A stretch of 32,000 nucleotides of DNA, from positions 13,063 through 45,062 of the forward strand of contig CAZGIL010000003.1 in NCBI GenBank assembly GCA_964526265.1. The letters run 5' to 3'. The position numbers and the translations under genes are program-made. Positions 1 to 7,531 of this stretch are shown piece by piece (the stretch's first letter is position 1; each line of letters opens with the position of its first letter). Source of the DNA: Candidatus Woesearchaeota archaeon. Lineage in GTDB: Archaea; Nanobdellota; Nanobdellia; Pacearchaeales; GW2011-AR1. The notes below the pieces were generated by a model. It was not told where the DNA came from. It saw only the letters and a list, made by a program, of their open reading frames with translations, and ran no database searches.

Positions 1-95
1 TTGAGATATTTTGCAAACTCTCTTACATCAAGTGCTTTGAGTTCTTCGATTGTTTTTCCACGATATTTTATTTGTTTTTTTGTTAGTTCTGCCAT
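1..95 (-). CDS. rps19: 30S ribosomal protein S19 (uS19), 5' part only; runs off the window start
   Basis: Hand translation of the minus strand from ATG at 95-93 gives MAELTKKQIKYRGKTIEELKALDVREFAKYL, an archaeal uS19 N-terminus. It starts 1 nt after the L2 stop, in the conserved L2-S19 order. Too short for the ORF track. Confidence 0.8.
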   Translation of the reverse strand, partial: MAELTKKQIKYRGKTIEELKALDVREFAKYL

Positions 96-96
96 T

Positions 97-795
97 TTAT
101 CTCTTGTGTCCTGTTCGGCTAGGTCTTAAGTGACCAACCTTTGCACCAGCAGGAACGTTTCTCTTTGCAATCTTACTCTTAGGGTTCTTTCCTCTACCCG
201 AACCGAAAGGATGATCGACTGCGTTCATCTTTACTGCAGATGTCCTAGGCCATAATTTATTTCTTGACTTTTTAATGTGATGGTTTTTACCCGCTTTAAC
301 AATTGGTTTCTCTAATCTTCCAGCCCCAGCAATTACTCCTACTGTTGCTCTACAATTTCCTAAAAATTCTTTTTCTTTTTTAGACGGCATAATAACAATC
401 ACACTATTTTCGAGAACTCTACTAACTTCTGCATGACTTCCTCCAGTCCTTACAAGCAAGCCCCCATCTCCCGGGCGCGATTCAATGTTATACACTTTTG
501 TTCTTGTAGGCAGGTCTTTTAATTTCATAATATTTCCTTCCTTTATTTCCTTTCCTTCAAAAGAAATTTTCTGTCCTTCAAACATTCCCTTAAATGCCGG
601 AACGAAAAAAACGCCCTTCGAATATTTTATTTTTGCAAGAGGAGAGCTGTGTGCAGGAGAGTTAACTAGTTTTAAGACAGTTCCCTCACCAACTAACGGA
701 GAAGGATATTTTATCTTATATTTGTAGGCATTTCTTCTAACCCTATAAGCATTTCCTCCCTTTCCACGAGCCTGCGAAATTATTCTCTTTCCCAT
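97..795 (-). CDS. rpl2: 50S ribosomal protein L2 (uL2)
   Basis: 232-aa ORF starting MGKRIISQARGKGG, with C-terminal HPFGSGRGK and a basic tail typical of uL2. Position in the L3-L4-L23-L2-S19 operon. Confidence 0.95.
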   Translation of the reverse strand: MGKRIISQARGKGGNAYRVRRNAYKYKIKYPSPLVGEGTVLKLVNSPAHSSPLAKIKYSKGVFFVPAFKGMFEGQKISFEGKEIKEGNIMKLKDLPTRTKVYNIESRPGDGGLLVRTGGSHAEVSRVLENSVIVIMPSKKEKEFLGNCRATVGVIAGAGRLEKPIVKAGKNHHIKKSRNKLWPRTSAVKMNAVDHPFGSGRGKNPKSKIAKRNVPAGAKVGHLRPSRTGHKR

Positions 796-1031
796 TACAT
801 CAATCCTAGTTTTGTAGCAATATCAATTGCTGGAAACTCCTTTTTTAGTTTAATATAAGCATACTTTTCATTTCCAAGTGTTCTTGTTCTTACTTTTTCA
901 ACCTTAATATTAAAAACTTCTTCAATTTCTTTTTTTATTGCGCCCTTTGTCATCTTTTCCGAAACTTTAAATGTGAGAACATTTTGTGCTTCTATTGCCA
1001 TAACCGCTTTTTCTGTTACTATTGGTTTCAT
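795..1031 (-). CDS. rpl23: 50S ribosomal protein L23 (uL23)
   Basis: 78-aa ORF MKPIVTEKAVMAIE...KVEKVRT...KYAYIKL, uL23-like. Its stop overlaps the L2 start and its start overlaps the L4 stop. Confidence 0.9.
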   Translation of the reverse strand: MKPIVTEKAVMAIEAQNVLTFKVSEKMTKGAIKKEIEEVFNIKVEKVRTRTLGNEKYAYIKLKKEFPAIDIATKLGLM

Positions 1032-1885
1032 TTTGTTTTTTTATCTCCAAATTTATTTTCCAATTCTTTAGTTTGACTTTTAGGCGAACTATTGAACTTG
1101 CTTGCGAGTTCTTTAATTGCTGCTTCTGTATAAAGAGTTAGTCTTCCCGGACCACCCTGAGCAAGTTCTAAAACTCCCACGTTGCTAGCCTTTTGAATTT
1201 CGAATATGTTTGTCCTCAATTTTTCCTTATCTCCTATTACAACCAATAATCCTGCATTTGATTTGTATTTTCTTCCTCTCATTTTTCCTACTCCGTGTCT
1301 TATACTTCTCTTTTTTTCTGCAACACCAAATAAATCTTCTCCCAAAATACTTTTAATACTCGCTCTAAGAGCCTTTGCTTTCTGGGATACAAGTTTAGAT
1401 TCTACAATTAAAGGAAGCGCTGTAATTTTTTTATCTTTCAAGTTTGAATATTTCTTTGCAACCCATTTTCCTTCTGCAGTCGCACTTAAAGCCGAGGTTG
1501 TTGCTTTTTTAAGTTCTTTTTTATTCAATTTTCCAGTGTTTATTCTTGAAGTTATTTTTGGAGGATGTGCCGTTCTTCCTCCTCTAGTATTTGAAACCTC
1601 TGCACCTTCCCAATTAAATTGAGAACCCTTTACAGAGAATATTTTTCTTGGAACTCTTGACATTTTCCTTCCATACTGGCTCTTCCATACTTTCCTGTGG
1701 TGTTTTAAAATTCCACTTGCAGAGTGTTGTTTACCCGAAACAGGAGAGGGTGAGAATGGCTGTTGAGATTTTTTTATTTCAACTGCCTTTAGTATTAAAT
1801 CCTCTCTTATTTTCTCAGAAAAGAATTTAGGTAATTCGATTGTTGCTTTTTCCTTTCCGTTTATATCAAGTATTTTTGCTTTCAT
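1028..1885 (-). CDS. rpl4: 50S ribosomal protein L4 (uL4)
   Basis: 285-aa ORF with KQHSASG...HRKVWKSQYGRKMSRVPRK and GGRTAHPPK motifs typical of archaeal uL4. Operon position fits. Confidence 0.93.
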   Translation of the reverse strand: MKAKILDINGKEKATIELPKFFSEKIREDLILKAVEIKKSQQPFSPSPVSGKQHSASGILKHHRKVWKSQYGRKMSRVPRKIFSVKGSQFNWEGAEVSNTRGGRTAHPPKITSRINTGKLNKKELKKATTSALSATAEGKWVAKKYSNLKDKKITALPLIVESKLVSQKAKALRASIKSILGEDLFGVAEKKRSIRHGVGKMRGRKYKSNAGLLVVIGDKEKLRTNIFEIQKASNVGVLELAQGGPGRLTLYTEAAIKELASKFNSSPKSQTKELENKFGDKKTK

Positions 1886-1937
1886 TTGAATTGTTTTCTT
1901 TGTTTAATTTGAATGAATGAAAATTTTATATTTGCTT

Positions 1938-2894
1938 TCATCTTAGTGTTATAAATTCGAAATTTTTCTTTGTTTGTCTCTTAGTTGCTCTCAAAGGAGC
2001 GGTGATTATTAGTTGTCTTTTACTTGGCCCTTGGACAGAACCTCTAACAATAAGATAATCTGTTTTTATCTCTCCAAAATTTTTAAGATTTTTATTCAAA
2101 ATTTTACTATCTTTTGCTTTGCCTATATCAATTATCGCACTGTTGTAAACCTCTCTTGTGAACATTCCTAACTGCCCTGCTTGTGGAGCCTGGAAAGTTA
2201 CTCTACATGGATGCCACGGACCAAGACTTCCTGGACGTCTTACACCCTTTTCGGATTTGTGTTGTTTTAACTGAATTCCAAATCTCTTAACCGGGCCAAC
2301 AAGTCCCCTTCCGGTTGTTAATCCCCTGAAGTCCACAACTTGTCCTTTCTGGAAGAAATCCGTAGCAGAAAGTTCCTTGTTAAGATGTTCTTTTATGAAA
2401 GCCATTTTCTCTTCTAAGCTTCCGGAGAGACCAATTTCAATAATATCTGGAGTCTTTTTTATATTAGTATTTTTAACTTGAGAATAAACAATAATCCTTA
2501 GGTCGTCATACTCTTCTGGTTTAACCGAATCGATTGTTTTTCCTTTTGTTTTTGGGAGCTTTAGTTTTCTCTTGAGTTCTTTATCTTTCTCTATTCCCTC
2601 AACAAGAACTTCTTTTACAACTTTTCCATACTTGTAAAATCTAACAGATAATATTTTCATAGAAGGGCACTCGAGAATTGTAACCGGAATAGTAATTTTT
2701 TTATCTTTTGTCATAGAATTGGGTGTGTTGTCTTTAACGAAAGCAGACATCATGCCTGCCTTATATACGATGAAACCTTTGAGTTTTTTATCAGAATCAA
2801 TGGCATTCCAGTTAACTCTAGGCAGAAATTTCTCGGCTCTTTTTCGAGGCCAATACTGCAAACTTCCTTTTCTCGATGTACTTTTGTGTGCCAT
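1938..2894 (-). CDS. rpl3: 50S ribosomal protein L3 (uL3)
   Basis: 318-aa ORF starting MAHKSTSRKGSLQYWPRKRA, with GFIVYKAGM and FQAPQAGQLG segments typical of archaeal uL3. First gene of the operon. Confidence 0.95.
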   Translation of the reverse strand: MAHKSTSRKGSLQYWPRKRAEKFLPRVNWNAIDSDKKLKGFIVYKAGMMSAFVKDNTPNSMTKDKKITIPVTILECPSMKILSVRFYKYGKVVKEVLVEGIEKDKELKRKLKLPKTKGKTIDSVKPEEYDDLRIIVYSQVKNTNIKKTPDIIEIGLSGSLEEKMAFIKEHLNKELSATDFFQKGQVVDFRGLTTGRGLVGPVKRFGIQLKQHKSEKGVRRPGSLGPWHPCRVTFQAPQAGQLGMFTREVYNSAIIDIGKAKDSKILNKNLKNFGEIKTDYLIVRGSVQGPSKRQLIITAPLRATKRQTKKNFEFITLR

Positions 2895-3059
2895 TTATGT
2901 TTTCGTATTTACCAATAGCGGATATTGATATTTTTATCATTTTATGCACCCTGGAATGAATTAGATAGAAAAAGTGGGTTTTTAAAGGTTTTTGAAGGAA
3001 CCCGTCAGTTTTTTTGGGAGGTAATAACTTAAAGAGTATCTTCAACTTATTGAAGAGTT

Positions 3060-3905
3060 TTATTCGTCAAATGGAACAATCTTTTGCAGAATCGTATCGT
3101 AGTTTGAATCCAAACAATAACAAATCACTTCACCCAATTTCTCGTCATATCGGTAATCATAAGTATAAACGTTTTCTAAACCTTGGCAAGAGATAAAGCA
3201 AAAAGAATCTACATAATCTACGAGTTCTTGTGTTTGTTGGTCTGTTAAATTCTGGGGGTAATCAGAATTTTCATAATCATAATACCCATATTGAGACAAA
3301 CCGACTATTGCTGTTAAGATCAAAAAAGAAGCAAATACCAAAGAGGTTACAGCAAGTGCTTTTTGTTTATATTTTGTTAAATGAATTATTGACATTACAA
3401 AAGTGAAGATTACTGAAACAATCCAAAATAACCAAAAGATAAAATAGAAACTTTCTTCTCCACTAAGAAAAATGCTGATTGCCCAACAGAAAACCATAGT
3501 CCAAAAGCCTGCCCTTAATCCATACCACACAAAACCTTTTTTTACCTTCTCTTTCGTTTCATATTTCGGGTTTTCTTTAGTTTTCCTAAAACTACTTATC
3601 TCTTGAATCCCCCAGACAATTTGAATTATTCCAAAAATTCCCCAAAATCCCGATATCTCCCCCAAATTAATTATATAGGCAGAGATATTTAAAACTCCAA
3701 CAGCGATTAATAAAATCCCAAAAGTTAAAAGCATTTTTCTTGAACGATAAAATAATGCAATTACTCCCACCGCAACCAACACAAATCCCCAAGTAAAATC
3801 TAAAAATTGTGAGAGGATAAAATGTACTGCCCCCAGGATAATTAAAGCAATTCCTATATTTCTTACTTTCTTATTCAAATCAATCTTTTCTTGTGGCTTT
3901 TTCAT
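3060..3905 (-). CDS. Polytopic membrane protein (about 7 TM) with a Cys-containing acidic/aromatic C-terminal tail; function unknown
   Basis: 281-aa ORF with repeated hydrophobic helices. The C-terminal ~70 aa are soluble and contain FCFISC and CYC. ATG start overlaps the stop of the upstream ORF by 4 nt. Last gene of the low-GC operon. Confidence 0.6.
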   Translation of the reverse strand: MKKPQEKIDLNKKVRNIGIALIILGAVHFILSQFLDFTWGFVLVAVGVIALFYRSRKMLLTFGILLIAVGVLNISAYIINLGEISGFWGIFGIIQIVWGIQEISSFRKTKENPKYETKEKVKKGFVWYGLRAGFWTMVFCWAISIFLSGEESFYFIFWLFWIVSVIFTFVMSIIHLTKYKQKALAVTSLVFASFLILTAIVGLSQYGYYDYENSDYPQNLTDQQTQELVDYVDSFCFISCQGLENVYTYDYRYDEKLGEVICYCLDSNYDTILQKIVPFDE

Positions 3906-4132
3906 TTTTTTAGGTAATCTAGTATATTTTTATATCTTATTATTTGGATGGTGTAAAGAAAAAATATGGCAATAATGATTATGCCTGTGGTTATGCCCAA
4001 TTTATTCTTGAAAGAGAGGTCACGGACTATGTAATAACCTATTGACATTGATAACGCCAGAGCAATAAAAGATAAAAGCCAAGTTCTTGTATTTTCATAC
4101 TTAATTTTCAGTAATTCGTATTTTTTATTCAT
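3902..4132 (-). CDS. Small two-TM membrane protein; function unknown
   Basis: 76-aa ORF with two hydrophobic helices (WLLSFIALALSMSIGYYIV and ITTGIIIIAIFFLYTIQII). 4-nt start/stop overlaps with both neighbours suggest translational coupling. Confidence 0.5.
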   Translation of the reverse strand: MNKKYELLKIKYENTRTWLLSFIALALSMSIGYYIVRDLSFKNKLGITTGIIIIAIFFLYTIQIIRYKNILDYLKK

Positions 4133-5220
4133 AACCCAACTTCCTTAAAATTTATAATGCTTACAGAGCAGGGAGCAGTGCTACATCCATCATTGTTATA
4201 AACCTTGAAAGATTTTTCTTCGCCTGCTTCAATCTCAAAAATACTACTCTCTGTTGAATCCTTACCAAACCAATTAGAATAGATGCGATAGGTTACATTC
4301 AAAGATACACTTTTTTGTTGATTGTTTTTTATTATTACGTCTGTTTTGGAGCCAGTAACAATAATTGGCTCAACTTTAGGTTGTTCAGGAATTAAATTTA
4401 TATTCGGGTTCTCTTTGGGATAATTTTTAATTGCATCTCTTTTATTCTCATTATTTAATGCAAAATATCCGATTAGTATAATTACCAAGACAATTATCCC
4501 GATAAAAAAATATTTTTTCCAACCCCTTTTCTTTTCTTTACTCGTCTTTATTGGTTTTTCTAAATTGTTTTTATGTCTTTCTTGAACTTCTTTTTTCTTT
4601 GTGTTATATCTTCTTAACATTTCTTCTTCAACTTTTTTCTTCTTCTTTTCCTCTTGTTCTTTGATAATATTCTTAAATTCTTCTTTATTGCCCACAATTT
4701 CATTAACCTCTTTTTTAGTTATTTTTCTTCCCGTTACCCGATAAAATGTTAAAACTTCCTTAATAAATTCTTCATCTTCATCCATTAATAATCCAATTGA
4801 GCCCTCCTCAAATTCTACTCCTGCTTTTTTTAATAAATATTTATAAACTTCTTCCTGACTTTCTAAACTTTCTAAATATTCTCTTTCTCTTTTGGCTTCT
4901 TTCTCAATTGTAAATTCATACCAAGCATCAGAACACGCTTCCTTCCAAGTCAAATCCCCCTTTCCTTTTTTATCTATAATCTGGTGCAAATCAATGTGTT
5001 CTTCTGTAGTTAATAAAGCCAAATTTCCTATAAGATTATTTTTTTTATCTCCATCAATGTGATGAATCTCATATTTACTAAATGGAAGCTTATACTTTTT
5101 TCTGTTTTTCAAATAAATTTTATGATATGCGACTTTTCTGTGCCAAGCATTTGAATGATTATTTTCTCTGATATATCCATATTCATCCTCATAAAATTCT
5201 TTATTATATTTTTTATTCAT
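4129..5220 (-). CDS. Membrane-anchored HNH endonuclease-domain protein (N-terminal HNH, Lys/Glu-rich coiled segment, one TM, beta-rich C-terminal ectodomain)
   Basis: YEIHHIDGDKKNNLIGNLALLTTEEHIDLH fits the HNH_3-type motif (HH..G....N...NL.L.T..EH). A long charged stretch (EEKKKKKVEEEM) is followed by KKRGWKK plus the TM YFFIGIIVLVIILIGYFAL. The ~105-aa C-terminal domain contains CSTAPC. Confidence 0.7.
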   Translation of the reverse strand: MNKKYNKEFYEDEYGYIRENNHSNAWHRKVAYHKIYLKNRKKYKLPFSKYEIHHIDGDKKNNLIGNLALLTTEEHIDLHQIIDKKGKGDLTWKEACSDAWYEFTIEKEAKREREYLESLESQEEVYKYLLKKAGVEFEEGSIGLLMDEDEEFIKEVLTFYRVTGRKITKKEVNEIVGNKEEFKNIIKEQEEKKKKKVEEEMLRRYNTKKKEVQERHKNNLEKPIKTSKEKKRGWKKYFFIGIIVLVIILIGYFALNNENKRDAIKNYPKENPNINLIPEQPKVEPIIVTGSKTDVIIKNNQQKSVSLNVTYRIYSNWFGKDSTESSIFEIEAGEEKSFKVYNNDGCSTAPCSVSIINFKEVGL

Positions 5221-5395
5221 CTTTCTTCTTTTCCTCTTTCATAATCTTGTGCAGTGCATAATTAAATAATCTGGTAGCAGAAATATGCTTTTTTTTAATC
5301 CATTCAAAATCTTGCCTGGTTACTCTTACAGATAAAACTTTTGTTTTCTTTTCTGTTGCCTTAACTTTATTTATATCAAAGTCTTCAAATTCCAT
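5213..5395 (-). CDS. Small putative ribbon-helix-helix (CopG-like) DNA-binding protein
   Basis: 60-aa ORF. KVLSVRVTRQDFEWIKKK then HISATRLFNYALHKIM resembles a beta-strand plus two-helix RHH layout. It overlaps the HNH gene start by 8 nt and is first in the operon. Confidence 0.45.
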   Translation of the reverse strand: MEFEDFDINKVKATEKKTKVLSVRVTRQDFEWIKKKHISATRLFNYALHKIMKEEKKKDE

Positions 5396-5396
5396 T

Positions 5397-5428
5397 TGTA
5401 ATACAAAAGATTACATTAGTATTTAAAT
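5397..5428 (-). promoter_or_regulatory. Promoter of the RHH-HNH operon (TATA-like TTTAAATA) with a small inverted repeat between TATA and start codon
   Basis: The minus strand reads AGATTTAAATAC at 5430-5419. The first T of TTTAAATA lies 32 nt upstream of the ATG at 5395, which is leaderless spacing. TGTAAT (5397-5402) and ATTACA (5410-5415) form a 6-bp inverted repeat in between. Confidence 0.4.
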
Positions 5429-5482
5429 CTTTCTGCCTTGAAATGTGAATTAACTCCAACCATTTATTGCTAAGAAATAATT

Positions 5483-6199
5483 TTAAGCCTCAAACCCCAA
5501 CTCTTTCCTTACCTTAACCCCGTCAATCGTGCTCTCTCTAATTATCTTCCCTTTCCTTAATGCCCCCTCCCGCACTTTCGCGAAGTCCTTCTCTTTCTTC
5601 AGCGCTTCCGGTATAACCATATCCTCAATTACAAAGGTATGTCTTATCTCGGCTTCCTTAAAGTCAGGTTTTTCGTAAACGAAACCCCGTGCGAGAGTTG
5701 CGTCCTTTGTTATGAGCTTGCAAAAGTCTATCTTTGGCCCCTCTTCACTTCCTTTCGGGGAGGGTTTTCCCGACTTTGGGGCTTTTGGTTTTATTTTGAG
5801 AGTTGTTTCCCCATTTTCAGCAGAAAAACTCAAGCCGAAAAATGCCTTTGGAAACTCGTTCAATAGATTAAGAATTTCCTTTCCGGACATCTCGCCGTCA
5901 AGAAGATACCTTTTAACCCCCTGAAATTGTTTTTTTTCTTTAAAATTAATTTTTCCGGTTAAATCTGCAGTTGAAACAATTGCACCCGTAACGTTTGTTT
6001 TGGAATCTCCAAGTTTCACAGCAACCTCTCTTACAAGTTCGTTCCCAAATTCGGGAGAGGTGAAGATAGTGTATTTTCCCCCGGAAAATTTTGCTCTTAT
6101 TCCTGCCCTCTCTCGGAACTCACCCCGAGAAAACTTTTGGAATTGCAAATGAACCAAATCATCTCTCGCACCTCGTGAAATCTTTTCTATAAAATTCAT
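5483..6199 (-). CDS. Hypothetical protein, family not recognised; markedly G+C-richer than its neighbours
   Basis: 238-aa ORF with an ATG start, uninterrupted, with a balanced charged/hydrophobic composition. No motif I can name. Hand count gives 49/100 G+C at 5521-5620. Confidence 0.6.
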   Translation of the reverse strand: MNFIEKISRGARDDLVHLQFQKFSRGEFRERAGIRAKFSGGKYTIFTSPEFGNELVREVAVKLGDSKTNVTGAIVSTADLTGKINFKEKKQFQGVKRYLLDGEMSGKEILNLLNEFPKAFFGLSFSAENGETTLKIKPKAPKSGKPSPKGSEEGPKIDFCKLITKDATLARGFVYEKPDFKEAEIRHTFVIEDMVIPEALKKEKDFAKVREGALRKGKIIRESTIDGVKVRKELGFEA

Positions 6200-6386
6200 A
6201 TACTCCTTTGTATAAAATTACTTTTAAACCTTTTCACCCAAAAATCTTTTTCAATTAATATTAACAAAACAACAACCAACAATAAACAGGCTCTGCCAAG
6301 TTTATATTTCTTACTTAAATTATGCGTAAAATCTTAACGGAGTTTGATTTGGAGCAAAGTAAGTTTGGTTTTAAGGAAGCCCAGAG

Positions 6387-6415
6387 ATAAAGTTTTCTCC
6401 GGAAAACTTTATATA
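6387..6415 (+). promoter_or_regulatory. Perfect 11-bp inverted repeat overlapping the TATA box of the AI-2E transporter gene
   Basis: ATAAAGTTTTC (6387-6397), TCCG, GAAAACTTTAT (6402-6412). TTTATATA lies at 6408-6415, 30 nt upstream of the ATG at 6438. Confidence 0.5.
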
Positions 6416-6437
6416 TTTGGTTTTTCCTATATTGTTA

Positions 6438-7490
6438 ATGGCAGAGAATACTATCGAAAGAATATACATCAAGAGAATTTTTATTGCGATAATCGTATTG
6501 GTTCTTGCCGTTCTTTCTTTCTTATTAATTCGTCCAATAATTCTTTCAATAGTCCTCGGATTAATCCTTGCCTTTGTCTTTAATCCGGTGTATGACTGGT
6601 TACGCAAAACAGTAAAATCAAAAAATCTTTCAGCATCGATACTCTGTGTGGTGTTAATCCTTTTAATCCTCCTTCCAATCTGGTTTTTTACACCGATTCT
6701 TCTCAATCAGGCTCTTAAAATTTACACCAGTGCACAGCAAATGGATTTTGTTACACCACTAAAGACAATCTTTCCTTCGCTTTTTGCCTCACAACAATTC
6801 TCCTCAGAGATAGGTTCTATTCTCCACTCCTTTGTTGCCAAAACTGCAAATTCATTTGTTAACGCGGTTTCTAATATTATACTTAATTTTATCCCGATGT
6901 TCCTTCAGCTCTTGGTAGTTTTTTTCACATTCTTCTTTGTTTTGAGGGATAAGGATAAACTTGTTCCCTATCTTAAGGGAATTTCTCCTCTGTCGGGGGA
7001 AGTAGAGAAAAAACTGATAGAATATTCTGTAGGAATTACCTCTTCCGTTCTCTACGGGCAGGTGATTGTGGGTATCTTTCAGGGGCTTGTTGTAGGAGCT
7101 GGTTTTTTTATATTCGGAGTCCCTAACGCACTAATTCTTACTTTGCTCGCTATCGTCGCAGGTATTCTGCCAATAATTGGTCCACCGATAGTCTGGGTAC
7201 CGGTGGTTGTGTATTTCTTGGCGGCGGGGAGCGCTCTTCCTGCAATAGGGGTTGCAATTGCAGGGGTAATTGCATCAACAACAGATAACTTTTTGAGGTC
7301 GGTTATTGTTTCAAGAAGAACAAGCGTTCACTCTTCAGTAATTTTAGTTGGAATGATTGGAGGATTTTTCTTCTTCGGAGTTTTAGGATTTATACTCGGT
7401 CCGTTAATACTCTCTTACTTGCTGATTGGAGTAGAGGTTTATAGAAAGAAAGATAAGGAGGGCGGATTAATTGTCCACCCTAGCAGATAA
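6438..7490 (+). CDS. AI-2E family (PerM/UPF0118) membrane transporter
   Basis: Polytopic ORF. LAIVAGILPIIGPPIVWVPVVVYFL and its surroundings are typical of AI-2E/PerM permeases. I prefer the ATG at 6438 to the track's TTG at 6417 because of the TATA spacing. Confidence 0.75.
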   Translation: MAENTIERIYIKRIFIAIIVLVLAVLSFLLIRPIILSIVLGLILAFVFNPVYDWLRKTVKSKNLSASILCVVLILLILLPIWFFTPILLNQALKIYTSAQQMDFVTPLKTIFPSLFASQQFSSEIGSILHSFVAKTANSFVNAVSNIILNFIPMFLQLLVVFFTFFFVLRDKDKLVPYLKGISPLSGEVEKKLIEYSVGITSSVLYGQVIVGIFQGLVVGAGFFIFGVPNALILTLLAIVAGILPIIGPPIVWVPVVVYFLAAGSALPAIGVAIAGVIASTTDNFLRSVIVSRRTSVHSSVILVGMIGGFFFFGVLGFILGPLILSYLLIGVEVYRKKDKEGGLIVHPSR

Positions 7491-7531
7491 ATATAAAAAT
7501 CATTTTTCTTTAGTAATAAAAAAGAGGAACA

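Noticed and set aside
485-1622. Antisense ORFs inside L2 and L4 (485-727, 1206-1622). Similar cases lie inside deoA (7510-7887, 7963-8385, 8389-8702), ftsZ (20890-21239), the helicase, taw1, the M50 protease and the surface protein.
   Set aside because: They are mirror-frame ORFs opposite strongly supported conserved genes. They have a low-complexity Phe/Ser/Leu-rich composition, typical of chance antisense ORFs in AT-rich DNA.
2818-3196. ORFs 2818-3045 (-) and 3014-3196 (+) in or near the L3 upstream region
   Set aside because: The first overlaps the L3 N-terminus out of frame. The second is antisense to the C-terminus of the membrane protein 3060-3905. Neither has a promoter-like context.
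3902-5220. The shared MNKKY N-termini of ORFs 4129-5220 and 3902-4132, considered as evidence of duplication
   Set aside because: The similarity ends after five residues encoded by AT-rich codons, so it is probably coincidental.
6344-6706. ORFs 6344-6583 (+) and 6371-6706 (-)
   Set aside because: Both overlap the AI-2E promoter/palindrome and the start of the transporter gene in other frames. The composition is not protein-like.
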